Under the pieces are notes generated by a model. That model saw only the letters and a program-made list of their open reading frames with translations, had not been told where the DNA came from and ran no database searches. Position numbers and translations under genes: made by a program. 64,000 bases of DNA from a virus: IMG/VR virus record IMGVR_UViG_3300042901_002277. One strand, given 5' to 3'. Positions 28,078-37,805 of this stretch are shown piece after piece. The first letter of the stretch is position 1. The number at the start of each line of letters is the position of its first letter.

Positions 28078-29348
28078 TTTACATCTCTCACAGAGGCAAT
28101 ACAACAGGACCAAAACCTGAACTTGAGAATCGCCCAGACTATATTGAACAAGCAATTGCAGATGGTTTTGATGTAGAAGTTGATTTGTGGGTTAATGAGT
28201 CTGGTCTATTCCTTGGTCATGACGAACCCCAGTACCAAGTCCCAAAAGAATGGCTAATCGATAGAATCAATCAAATATGGGTGCATTGTAAAAACCCAGA
28301 AGCACTTAGCTTTTCACTGCATTATGAATTGCACTGTTTTTTTCACAATACAGACGATTACACGATTACAAGTAGAGGTTATGTTTGGGCTTATCCTGGA
28401 AAAAAATCAACTTCAAACAAATGCATAAATGTCCTGCCAGAGCGTTCATGGTGGGAAATTGATTCAAGTTGGAAAACAAGATTTTCAGGTGTATGTTCAG
28501 ACTTTGTTGGCGTACTAAATAAACAACAAGTCAAGACGCCTGATTCCCCAGTATTCAAGCCAATCGACTACGAAAAGCATTTTGTAATTGGAACTCCACT
28601 TGTTGCCTGGAAGTGCGATGCCAAAGAGCACCTGAACTGGCTATCTGACAGAGTCGAGATATCTCGCAAGTTCCCAAACGTAAAGTGGTTTTCTGCTTTT
28701 GAAATTGACAATAGAGGGATAGAGCCTTTTGCTGAAGTCATTGAAGCATTACGTGAGGTAAATGGGGATTACTGGACATACTCAATAAACGATATGCAAG
28801 CCAAGGTCGATTCAGGAAATAGATGGATTCGAATAGAGACTGGCAGAAATCTAATTAGGGAATTTGCCCAAAGACACAGGGTCACGAGCGGCCATCACTG
28901 GGGTGAAGATTGTACTGAATTGAATTACGGAGTGGTCAACTATTCAGCTATTCTGTATATAGATTCAGACATGTCTCTCGATAGCAATGCTATAGAAAAA
29001 ATGCTCGAAATAAATAGGCCTTTAGTCGGTGTGGATGTTCCTGCATACTGCCTGTCTGGCCCAATTATTAACGAAAATCCAAGAGTAGAAGAGCATTGGA
29101 ATACTGCTGGTGCACTTCTTGTAAATGCTCCGGCATTTTACGATTTGCCATGGTCTCACAACGCATATCTAAATCTAAGTGACGACCCGACATTCCAATC
29201 TATGGCTGAGAGATTGCTGCGCAGAGAAGGCGCTGAAAATCTTGACACAACATACGGAATGACTTGGGTTAGAAAAGACGTGCAAGCAAAGCATGAAGGC
29301 AAGCTAGTAGCTGTTGAACAAAGGAATATCGCAGATAGAGCTATTTAA
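28074..29348 (+). CDS. GDPD/PI-PLC-like phosphodiesterase fused to a GT-A-like domain
   Basis: MIYISHRGN..EN..GFDVEVD..LGHD..HCKN; C-terminal half GRN...LYIDSD...SDD. Confidence 0.65.
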   Translation: MIYISHRGNTTGPKPELENRPDYIEQAIADGFDVEVDLWVNESGLFLGHDEPQYQVPKEWLIDRINQIWVHCKNPEALSFSLHYELHCFFHNTDDYTITSRGYVWAYPGKKSTSNKCINVLPERSWWEIDSSWKTRFSGVCSDFVGVLNKQQVKTPDSPVFKPIDYEKHFVIGTPLVAWKCDAKEHLNWLSDRVEISRKFPNVKWFSAFEIDNRGIEPFAEVIEALREVNGDYWTYSINDMQAKVDSGNRWIRIETGRNLIREFAQRHRVTSGHHWGEDCTELNYGVVNYSAILYIDSDMSLDSNAIEKMLEINRPLVGVDVPAYCLSGPIINENPRVEEHWNTAGALLVNAPAFYDLPWSHNAYLNLSDDPTFQSMAERLLRREGAENLDTTYGMTWVRKDVQAKHEGKLVAVEQRNIADRAI

Positions 29349-29413
29349 AATTGTTTACTTATATTTAAACTCCAAAAAATGCTAGAATTAGAGGTATTTT
29401 TTCTGGAGGCTAA

Positions 29414-32400
29414 ATGTTCCGTAGGCGCAATCGAATAAGCAAGCCAGCAGTCATCATGGCTGTACCATCAGTTTTTTTCTTGCTTATCTCAATATTTGGC
29501 TTTTCCGCACCTGCTCAAGCAACATTCACCATAAATACACAAATATCCAACGGACAAGCCTTCCTTCAAGGAGAGTTTGCTGAAGTGGGCGTACGAGCGA
29601 ACGGCGCATTTGGCTCAACGAGCGTTCCTTCAGGATTCCACGCAAACCCACCAAACTGTCTTGGCTTCCGTGTTGACCGTGAAATGGACGGATGGGGAGA
29701 AACAACGGACGACGGAGACTACTTCTGTCCGGGCTCACCCTTTGAAGGCTGGCAAATGAAGGTTGCTGGGAGTATTGGCAAAAACGACCACGGTCAAACA
29801 CTTATCGCAGGTGCGGTTTCTGACATTCAAGACTCTGGCTCGTCTCAATGCGTTTCTTGGATTAGTTCCAGCCCATTCAACGGCGTAAGTGTTTCGCAAA
29901 GGTACTGCGTTCCAACGGCAGGGCAAGCGCTTCATACGGACGTGACTCTTACCAACACAACCGAGTCCGCAATTAGTGATGTGTATTTTGGTCGAGGCTT
30001 TGACCCAGACAACGCAACTGGCTCTGGCTCTATGACTTGTGCTGGTGGAACCGTGAGTACATCAATGTTCCAGTCTTGCAACGGTGTAACTGGTCAAGGA
30101 ACAGAAGCACAAGCAACAGCAAGGTGGGGAAATAACGCATTTATTGCTCTTCAGTCATTTGACGCTCGTGCTCGTGTTGCTAGACAAACTGGTGGATTTT
30201 CTTCCCCAGACCCTGCTGACATTTGGAACGCTGGAAACACACTTGCAACTAGCGGAACATATCTTGGCAATGTTGGAGAAATGTATGCCGACGCAGGAAT
30301 ATACGTTGCCCTGAATGTTCCAACACTTGGAGCTGGCTCTTCAACTTCGTTCCGCATTAGCTATGTGCTTTCAGCAGATGGAAACAATGCTCCAGTTCTG
30401 GGCTCGCCAGTTGTAAGCGGTATTGGCCAGACCTCTGCAACTGTTGCTTCAACAGTCAACCCAAAGGGTTTTTCTACTACAGCAGAATTGGTCTACTCAA
30501 CTGACCCGGACTTTGGAACTTCTGACTCTGTCTCAATGGGAACTTTTACTGGTTCTGATGAAGTTGCCATTGACGCAGAGATTACTGGTCTTGACCCAAG
30601 TGAAATCTATTATGCAAAGATTGTTGCAACCAACGAGACTGGTGAAACAGAATCCGCAGTATTTGAATTTGAGACCCTCGCAGCTACTGCGCCAATAGTT
30701 TCATCCGAGGAACCAACAGTAACGGTTGACGATGGCCCTGTGACGCTGTCTGGAACATTAAACCCTAACGGCTTTAGTTCTACAGCTGTATTCCAGTACA
30801 GCACGACAGCTGACTTCTCTGGAACTGTTGTTGACATTCCAGTCTCTGGAACTTTTACTGGAACTTCGCTTTCAACCGTATCAACAGTTGTTGAAGGTTT
30901 GACTGGTTCAACCACATACTACTTCCGTCTGAAAGTTACCAATGATTCAGGTTCAGCATATGGTTCAACACTTTCTTTTGTCCCAGAAGATATTGTTGCA
31001 CCAGTAGGGATAGTTGTAACAAGTCTTGATGATACGACTTCAAGTGGGACTCTTCGTTGGGCAATAGCGCAAGCTAATGCAACTGCTGGCGGGATTTACG
31101 ATGCAATAATTTTTGGTGTTGATGGAACAATAACGCTAACAAGCGCGCTTCCTCAGATAACCCAGAATGTGACAATTACTGGTAACGGCCGAACACAGAC
31201 GATTATTGATGGAAATAATCTGTATCGCCCATTTAATATTGGCTCTGGTAGGTCGCTGACCGTTTCAGACATGACCCTCAAGCAAGGTCAGGCAACAAAC
31301 GGCGGACTTATACTAAATGGTCAAGGAACTGTAATAGCAACGAATATCCGCTTTACTTCAATGTCTGGCGGTTCCGCTGTTTTCAATAACAGCAATAACT
31401 CAACAGCAACATACACAAACTGCACATTTGATTATTTGAATACTGGAATTGCTGGTGACCATGGCGGAACTCCACAACTCCCAACCGGAATAACAACATG
31501 GGCAGACCAAGCTGATTCGGTATTTAGCAATAAGACATACGTAAATAACAGTATTTTCAGTAATAACAATAACGGCATCAGCAATTATCGTTTCACGAAA
31601 GTCATTAACTCACAGTTCACGGATAACGGTTATGCAGCAAACGTAACGGGTTTGAATAGAACGCAAATACTGAACTCCACATTTACGGGAAATGGAATAG
31701 GCGTTTATCACAACTCGTGGATTCCAACTTCTTTCAACATGGGAACAGACAATCGTTTGATTAGTGGAAACACCTTCACCAATAATGGAATTGCTATCTA
31801 TCTTGATGACACCTATAATAATGGCCAAAAGAACCAATCATGGTCAACGGTCACTGGCAACACATGGGACGCTGAAGGTGTCTGGATTCGCTACTACCAG
31901 TACAAAGAAACCACAGCATCACAGAATACAGGAACAAAAACCTATCTAGATGTTTCTTTCACACCGTCGTCGTATGTTGCTGACAGACCAGTTACCTATA
32001 CGGCAACTTCAAGCCCGGGTAATTTTAGTGCCTCCTCCGAAACTTCACCAATTCGCGTAAGTGGATTATCGCAAGACACTCCCTACTCGTTCACAATTCT
32101 TGAGGTGGGTAGTGCTAGACCGTACTGGCAGGGAACAGTATTTGCGCAGAGCGCAAATACTTTCCCTAACACAATTGGTGCGCCATCAAATCTGACCGCA
32201 ACCGATACAGGAACATCAATTCTCCTTGATTGGGACGCACCAGTTGGAGGAGGATACCTTGTTGAAAGATACGCAATTTCGTGGTCTGGAAGTCTCGGTG
32301 GAGGTGGAATCGCTACAGGAAATGTTGGCGGTGCAAATGCGCTAAATACTTCTATTGAAATTCCATACTCTGTTGTCTACTCGTTCGGCGATGCTGGGGA

Positions 32401-33904
32401 AACATTCGCCTTTCACATTCGCTCAGACAACGATACTTACAGTAAGTATTCCGCTAACTCCAACACTTTTTCAATTCAGGTGGGTGCTTCTACAATCACA
32501 ACCGATACAAGCTCTACCACCTCAACCACAATTCCAACTCCAGCCGATTCGACTTCAACTACTTCAACTACTTCAACTACTACAACTACGAGTACTACTA
32601 CAACTACAACTATCCCAGTAGAACCAGAACCGGAACAATCGACAACGACCACACAGCCAGTGGTAGTAGTCGCCCCCGTAGAGCCTGAGCCAGAGACCAC
32701 AATCCCAGAAGACACCACGCCAGCCACAGAAGAGACGCTGCCTGAAGAAACAGAAACAGAAGAGACACTGCCAGAGTCACCAGATGAAACACTGCCATCA
32801 GAAACAGAAACGGAAACAGAATCAGGTCCACTAGATGAGCCTAGTGCCGAAGCTGAAGAAATCCAAGATGCAATTGACGAGCTTCCAGTTGATGCTTCGC
32901 CTGATGAAATAGGGGAAATAGTGGAAGAAGCGCTGATTGGCGCAACTGCCGAGGAAGTGGCTGAAGTTCTTTCCACGATATTTGAGGACGCAACCGATGA
33001 AGAAGTAGTAGCAATTCTTTCAGCAGTCTTTGAAGATGCAACAAGTGAAGATATTGTGGCAATTCTTTCAGAGACTTTCGCTGATGGCGCTACTGACGAA
33101 CAGGTCGCAGCTGTTACAGAAACATTGCTTTCAGACGGAGTCACCGAAGAAGCAGTATCAACACTTATTGACGTTCTTGAAAGCGGAGTAATTGACGAGT
33201 CACAAGTGGAGTCAGTAGTTGATGCAATCCTCCAAGAGGAACTTAATGAAGAAGTGGCTACACAACTTGCTACTAGCGCTGCAATTATTCAGAACATTAC
33301 TGCTGAACAAGCAACGGACATCTTTGAATCCGTGCCTGTAGGAGAATTGTCGGATTCAGAAGGTGCAGAAATTGTTAACGCAGTGCAGGACGCCCCTGTG
33401 GATGTTAAGGAATCATTTGAAGAAGAAATCAACGTATTCGCTGGTGTGTTCGACACCTATGTCCCACTTGATTCAGCCATAGATGTTGGGACAAGAAGAA
33501 GCGTTATTGCGGTAAACTTGGTGACTAGCACAGTGGCTCTTGCCGGTGCTGCTGGTGGATTACCAACCCCTTCATCATCAACTTCAACCCCAAAGCAGGA
33601 TATGGCTGCTCGCAAGCCAGAGGAAGAAGAGGCTGAAGAAGGCGGAGCAATCGAAGGCGAAGGCCCAGATTGGATTAAGCGGATATCTATTTACAAATAC
33701 GAAAACGGAGAAAGAGTTATGGACTGGAAGAATTTCACTAAGAAGTTTGTTTATGGAGTGATGGCATCTGGATTCACTCTTGCTGGAGCCGTGGTGATGT
33801 ATTTCACGCTCTCCGGATTCACTCAACAGGTTGCCCTGTGGGGTACATCAATCGCATTTGCCTGCGCGATGTACTTGCACATGAAAGAACCAGACGGAGA
33901 ATAA
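29414..33904 (+). CDS. Large secreted, C-terminally membrane-anchored protein (FN3-like repeats, beta-helix, Thr- and Glu-rich stalk)
   Basis: Signal peptide ending APAQA; GLTGSTTYYFRL; GTLRWAIAQAN; N-rich beta-helix; poly-Thr; two C-terminal hydrophobic helices. Confidence 0.8.
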   Translation: MFRRRNRISKPAVIMAVPSVFFLLISIFGFSAPAQATFTINTQISNGQAFLQGEFAEVGVRANGAFGSTSVPSGFHANPPNCLGFRVDREMDGWGETTDDGDYFCPGSPFEGWQMKVAGSIGKNDHGQTLIAGAVSDIQDSGSSQCVSWISSSPFNGVSVSQRYCVPTAGQALHTDVTLTNTTESAISDVYFGRGFDPDNATGSGSMTCAGGTVSTSMFQSCNGVTGQGTEAQATARWGNNAFIALQSFDARARVARQTGGFSSPDPADIWNAGNTLATSGTYLGNVGEMYADAGIYVALNVPTLGAGSSTSFRISYVLSADGNNAPVLGSPVVSGIGQTSATVASTVNPKGFSTTAELVYSTDPDFGTSDSVSMGTFTGSDEVAIDAEITGLDPSEIYYAKIVATNETGETESAVFEFETLAATAPIVSSEEPTVTVDDGPVTLSGTLNPNGFSSTAVFQYSTTADFSGTVVDIPVSGTFTGTSLSTVSTVVEGLTGSTTYYFRLKVTNDSGSAYGSTLSFVPEDIVAPVGIVVTSLDDTTSSGTLRWAIAQANATAGGIYDAIIFGVDGTITLTSALPQITQNVTITGNGRTQTIIDGNNLYRPFNIGSGRSLTVSDMTLKQGQATNGGLILNGQGTVIATNIRFTSMSGGSAVFNNSNNSTATYTNCTFDYLNTGIAGDHGGTPQLPTGITTWADQADSVFSNKTYVNNSIFSNNNNGISNYRFTKVINSQFTDNGYAANVTGLNRTQILNSTFTGNGIGVYHNSWIPTSFNMGTDNRLISGNTFTNNGIAIYLDDTYNNGQKNQSWSTVTGNTWDAEGVWIRYYQYKETTASQNTGTKTYLDVSFTPSSYVADRPVTYTATSSPGNFSASSETSPIRVSGLSQDTPYSFTILEVGSARPYWQGTVFAQSANTFPNTIGAPSNLTATDTGTSILLDWDAPVGGGYLVERYAISWSGSLGGGGIATGNVGGANALNTSIEIPYSVVYSFGDAGETFAFHIRSDNDTYSKYSANSNTFSIQVGASTITTDTSSTTSTTIPTPADSTSTTSTTSTTTTTSTTTTTTIPVEPEPEQSTTTTQPVVVVAPVEPEPETTIPEDTTPATEETLPEETETEETLPESPDETLPSETETETESGPLDEPSAEAEEIQDAIDELPVDASPDEIGEIVEEALIGATAEEVAEVLSTIFEDATDEEVVAILSAVFEDATSEDIVAILSETFADGATDEQVAAVTETLLSDGVTEEAVSTLIDVLESGVIDESQVESVVDAILQEELNEEVATQLATSAAIIQNITAEQATDIFESVPVGELSDSEGAEIVNAVQDAPVDVKESFEEEINVFAGVFDTYVPLDSAIDVGTRRSVIAVNLVTSTVALAGAAGGLPTPSSSTSTPKQDMAARKPEEEEAEEGGAIEGEGPDWIKRISIYKYENGERVMDWKNFTKKFVYGVMASGFTLAGAVVMYFTLSGFTQQVALWGTSIAFACAMYLHMKEPDGE

Positions 33905-34000
33905 GTACTTTATTTAGTAACTTATTATTATCCAACTTTTGTTGTAAAATCTTGTAGCGCTATTAGGCGTTTTCGGCGATTTTTATGAAAAGAGTTGACA

Positions 34001-34768
34001 ATGAAAAAGCTTGCTTGGGACTACATCGTCCCCGTAGTTCTCCCAAAAGACCTTAAAGGCATTGAGCCAGGCAAGCTTCCAGCCAATCTCTTGAAGGCAG
34101 TACCCGGTGGTGGGAAGATGCATTGGATTGCCGCATGCGCATGGACCGCGATGGTCGAGAAGGCAAAGGCTGAAGGAGTTGAACTAAAACCGACTTCCAG
34201 CGGCGACACATATCGCGATTACGAGACTCAGAAAAAAGGATTTCTAACCCGCTACACACTTGACCCAGTGGCCGGAACCAGCACTAAGACATTTGAAGGA
34301 AAGACCTGGTATCTCAAGAAGGGTATGGCAATGCTTGCGACACCGGGTAAATCGCAGCATAACCTCGGCTTGGCCGTTGACGTTCATTCAGCGTCAGAGC
34401 CAAAGCGCCTTAACTGGCTAATAGCAAATGTCAAGGAGTTCGGCTTCTCATGGGAAGTAGTTCCAAGCGAACCATGGCATCTCCGATATGTCTCAGGGGA
34501 CAACGCTCCAGCATCAGTGAAGGCATGGATGGAAGCAAACGGAGTGACCGCTCCAGCAGCAGGTGCCCCTGTAACAGCAGCAGGAGCCCGTGGAGAGCAC
34601 ACAGCACTCCAAGAAGCCCTGAAGGCTAAGGGTTTCTATAAGGGCAATGTAGATGGGGCCATGTCTCCAGCATTACAGGAAGCCGTCAAAGCATTCAAAG
34701 TTGCCAACAAGCTTGCAGCAGACTCTGTAGTTGGTCCAAAAGTAAAAGAACTTCTCGGGCTGAAGTAG
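34001..34768 (+). CDS. Endolysin: M15 (VanY-like) peptidase + peptidoglycan-binding domain
   Basis: YR, SQHNLGLAVD (SxHxxGxAxD), EPWH; LQEALKAKGFY..VDG..AVKAF. Confidence 0.85.
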   Translation: MKKLAWDYIVPVVLPKDLKGIEPGKLPANLLKAVPGGGKMHWIAACAWTAMVEKAKAEGVELKPTSSGDTYRDYETQKKGFLTRYTLDPVAGTSTKTFEGKTWYLKKGMAMLATPGKSQHNLGLAVDVHSASEPKRLNWLIANVKEFGFSWEVVPSEPWHLRYVSGDNAPASVKAWMEANGVTAPAAGAPVTAAGARGEHTALQEALKAKGFYKGNVDGAMSPALQEAVKAFKVANKLAADSVVGPKVKELLGLK

Positions 34769-34770
34769 CC

Positions 34771-35019
34771 ATGACCGAAATAATCGTTGCTCTTGTTGGT
34801 GTTATTGGACTTATAGCCGTAACCCTCATCGAAAAAGACCGTCGCTCATCAAAACTGATGTGGGAAGAAAACAAGGCAGACCACAACTACGTTGTCGAGA
34901 AGATTGAAACTCTTGGCAAAAGTCTTGGACGCTCAATTGATAAAACCAATAAATCACTCGACAGGGTAGAAGACAAACTGGACACACACATTCGCGACCA
35001 TGCAATAGGAGACCTCTAA
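34771..35019 (+). CDS. Membrane protein, N-terminal TM + coiled coil (lysis-associated)
   Basis: IIVALVGVIGLIAVTLI; KLDTHIRDH. Confidence 0.65.
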   Translation: MTEIIVALVGVIGLIAVTLIEKDRRSSKLMWEENKADHNYVVEKIETLGKSLGRSIDKTNKSLDRVEDKLDTHIRDHAIGDL

Positions 35020-35252
35020 TGGCAAGTGGAAAGCCAGCTAAAAGAAACGTATCAAACACTGTTGTTTCAACACCAAAAATTGACGATGGCCAAAACGTAC
35101 TTTACGTTGGCGCCGGTAAATCTGTGTTTCATAAATGCCCTGTTTGCAGTAAGTCAACAGGTAAGGGAATGGTCAGAGAATACAAAAACGAGCTTTATTG
35201 CTCACGCGGTTGCGTCATGTCGCATAAGTCAAAAACGGAAGTATCAGCATGA
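35019..35252 (+). CDS. Small Zn-finger-like protein
   Basis: CPVC...YCSRGC; coupled. Confidence 0.6.
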   Translation: MASGKPAKRNVSNTVVSTPKIDDGQNVLYVGAGKSVFHKCPVCSKSTGKGMVREYKNELYCSRGCVMSHKSKTEVSA

Positions 35253-35518
35253 AAAAGGATTTACTGATAAATGTCTCACTTAGAATTCTTGCTACTTTCG
35301 CCGCATCTGGTCTTGGCGTTATCGGTGCAGGAACTATCGCTGGTGTTCCAGTACTCAAGGCTGTCTTCATGGCTGGAATTGGAGGGGTTGCAGTAGTTAT
35401 CGAAGGTCTCTCTAGAGCGTTCCTTGATGATGGGAAGCTTACAGCATCAGAAATAAACGACGTATTCACCAAAGTCGATAAGAAGCCTGCGAAAGCAAAG
35501 GCGAATGAAACGGCTTAG
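35249..35518 (+). CDS. Holin-like 2-TM protein
   Basis: Two hydrophobic segments, DDGKLT..EIN, charged tail. Confidence 0.6.
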   Translation: MKKDLLINVSLRILATFAASGLGVIGAGTIAGVPVLKAVFMAGIGGVAVVIEGLSRAFLDDGKLTASEINDVFTKVDKKPAKAKANETA

Positions 35519-35729
35519 TCTTGTCCTCGTCTCACTTTTTGCTCTTGCTTCTTGTGGTTATGATGGTGCATATAGGTATTCTTGCCAAGACCCTGAAAAC
35601 TGGGGCGCTCCAGAATGTGAGCCACCGATATGCAAGGTAGATGGCGCGTGCACAGAAACGCTGCTTGGATGGGACCCGACAGAGACAACCTTAGAAATTA
35701 CACAAGATACAGGAGATTCAGATGGCTGA
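35505..35729 (+). CDS. Small Cys-rich lipoprotein
   Basis: Lipobox LASC; YRYSCQDPENW..ECEPPIC. Confidence 0.7.
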   Translation: MKRLSLVLVSLFALASCGYDGAYRYSCQDPENWGAPECEPPICKVDGACTETLLGWDPTETTLEITQDTGDSDG

Positions 35730-36417
35730 TAAAAATGGCGACGGGATTGTTTATCATTGTTCAGATTGTGGCGATGACAATGTAAGAATGTACCTTGCAG
35801 GCGGCGATTGGCCAGGTTCGGCCTGTGAAACATGGGGGCTTACCAGTACGGCAATAAGGTACGTTCACGACCACCCTGAGATGAATCACAGACTTGAAGA
35901 CTTGCTCGCTATGGAAATCGCACCAATAATTGCGCCAATAGGCGAATTCATAGAAGAGGGTTATGAAAAAGTAAAAGAAGGCGTGATTGATGCATACCAT
36001 TGGGTGGATGAAAACGGTTGCAACATAGCCGTAACTGCAGCAATCTCTGCTGGGGTTATTGCGTTCTTCACACCGGCACAACCAGAAGGTGCTGCGACAT
36101 CAAGCGCTCTATCGCTGATGGCACAGCCAGTTCTCTATGTTACAGATATGGCGGCAAAAGCGGTGGTGGTAGCAGAGATGAGCAATCTCATAACAGATAC
36201 ATTCTTGTTAATACCATACGTAAGCGACAGTATTGACCGCACACTACTGAACAACATAATCTCAAATTGTTTGGCTAAAAGCTTAGATTCAGCAGCATTA
36301 TGGGCAACACCGGCAGGTGTTGGTATTGCAATTGGCGCGGCATTTGCACCTGTTATTGCAGATTTGATTTGCAAAAAAACCTGTCCCGAAGGATTCACAA
36401 AGGCATTTGGTGCGTAA
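35722..36417 (+). CDS. Membrane-associated hypothetical protein
   Basis: Several hydrophobic helices, Cys pairs. Confidence 0.6.
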   Translation: MADKNGDGIVYHCSDCGDDNVRMYLAGGDWPGSACETWGLTSTAIRYVHDHPEMNHRLEDLLAMEIAPIIAPIGEFIEEGYEKVKEGVIDAYHWVDENGCNIAVTAAISAGVIAFFTPAQPEGAATSSALSLMAQPVLYVTDMAAKAVVVAEMSNLITDTFLLIPYVSDSIDRTLLNNIISNCLAKSLDSAALWATPAGVGIAIGAAFAPVIADLICKKTCPEGFTKAFGA

Positions 36418-36717
36418 ATGATAAATAAACCAAACACCCGTCCAAGACTGACACCAGCGGAACTAGATGCCCGCCTTAAGTTTGTTATTGGCTGCATGCT
36501 TGGATTTGTTCTCCTTATCACAACCGTTGGAGTCCTTTGGGCACTCGTATTCGTGACGCAGCCAATTGGTGCTCAGGCCGAAAATGACAAGATGTTCTTT
36601 GGGGTTCTATCCTCGGTTGCCACATTTATCACCGGAACTTTGGCTGGGTTGATGATTTCAACAGGTCGTAATGCAGAAGACAAAAACGGTAACGGGATTC
36701 CAGACAGCGAAGAGTAA
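36418..36717 (+). CDS. 2-TM membrane protein
   Basis: Two long hydrophobic segments; DKNGNGIPD tail. Confidence 0.7.
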   Translation: MINKPNTRPRLTPAELDARLKFVIGCMLGFVLLITTVGVLWALVFVTQPIGAQAENDKMFFGVLSSVATFITGTLAGLMISTGRNAEDKNGNGIPDSEE

Positions 36718-36728
36718 ATCAATACTAG

Positions 36729-37694
36729 TTAGAAATTTTTTGCAAGGTTTTCAGCTAAGTGCCAATGACCATGAGAGCCAAAGTGTGGTGGCCCGTAACC
36801 TTCAAAACTATTAAATTTAGTATTTACGGTTGATAGAAGCAATTTATCTAACTCTTCTTTTGATGGGACGCCATTCATGTATTTCTTGGGCACATTATAT
36901 CTATCCCAGCCAAAATCAAAACAACCATTTGATTTTTCTTTCAACCAATCACAACATGGTAAATCTTCATGAGTTTGAGAAACTAACCGATAGTCATTTT
37001 TTATTTTGTCATACTCAAAATGATGATAAGAATTAGTAAAATAACCAGCAAGTTCAAAACTTATATATGAATCAAATGTTTCCAAATAAACATCTTCTGA
37101 TAAAGTTTTTTCATTGGTCCACTGCTGCCATACCAGTTTTATTTTAGCGGCTTTGCATATGGATTCCAGCATGCTTAATGCAATAAGACTCTGACTTACT
37201 GACTGCTCTTCATTGAATCCATATTCATTTCCGCTTCCCTTTGAAGTGCAGTCCACACTAACCCCCTTTTCGTTGGGGTGCTCATACCTTAGAAGTTCAG
37301 GAAATGTGCATAGAACTATTTTAGGAGCACCATATATCCTAATATAATTAGAGAGCATTCGCACCTGACGGGCAATACCGCATCCAGCCTTGCCAAGGTT
37401 GACAAAATCATTTACGCCGATTAATTTCGAAACAAAATTTGGCCATGTAAAATCTACCGGAACCCCAACACCCAGGGTATAAGAACAACCAAGCACAATC
37501 ATTTCAGTATTTTCATGAAACTCTTGCGACCTAAAATTATGTTGGTTCATTGTATATGAATATATTGATGGTTGATAGTACTCTTTATACCTATCAATAT
37601 ATGGGCAAATTCGCCCAGTTTTTTTTTCACTAAAAAAAATTCCGTCTAGGGCTTTATGTCTTGCGTTGTTTTCGGGTGTGTATTTTCTTATCAT
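36729..37694 (-). CDS. SGNH/GDSL-like hydrolase or acyltransferase
   Basis: LGCSYTLGVG, NLGKAG, C-terminal HFG..GH. Confidence 0.65.
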   Translation of the reverse strand: MIRKYTPENNARHKALDGIFFSEKKTGRICPYIDRYKEYYQPSIYSYTMNQHNFRSQEFHENTEMIVLGCSYTLGVGVPVDFTWPNFVSKLIGVNDFVNLGKAGCGIARQVRMLSNYIRIYGAPKIVLCTFPELLRYEHPNEKGVSVDCTSKGSGNEYGFNEEQSVSQSLIALSMLESICKAAKIKLVWQQWTNEKTLSEDVYLETFDSYISFELAGYFTNSYHHFEYDKIKNDYRLVSQTHEDLPCCDWLKEKSNGCFDFGWDRYNVPKKYMNGVPSKEELDKLLLSTVNTKFNSFEGYGPPHFGSHGHWHLAENLAKNF

Positions 37695-37711
37695 GGTAAA
37701 TAATATTTAAA

Positions 37712-37801
37712 TTAGTAGGTGTACGTTGACTTTTTTCTAGATTTTTTTCTTATAAACACCCTTATTAGTCTTGTGAACCGTTTTATTTTTTTTTTAATCA
37801 C
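37712..37801 (-). CDS. 29-aa basic micropeptide (missed by ORF track)
   Basis: GTG start, MIKKKIKRFTRLIRVFIRKKSRKKSTYTY; fills the gap between two genes. Confidence 0.5.
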   Translation of the reverse strand: MIKKKIKRFTRLIRVFIRKKSRKKSTYTY

Positions 37802-37805
37802 AATT

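Noticed and set aside
32515-32612. ACT/ACA-rich run as a non-coding microsatellite
   Set aside because: It is the in-frame poly-Thr/Ser linker of the 1496-aa protein
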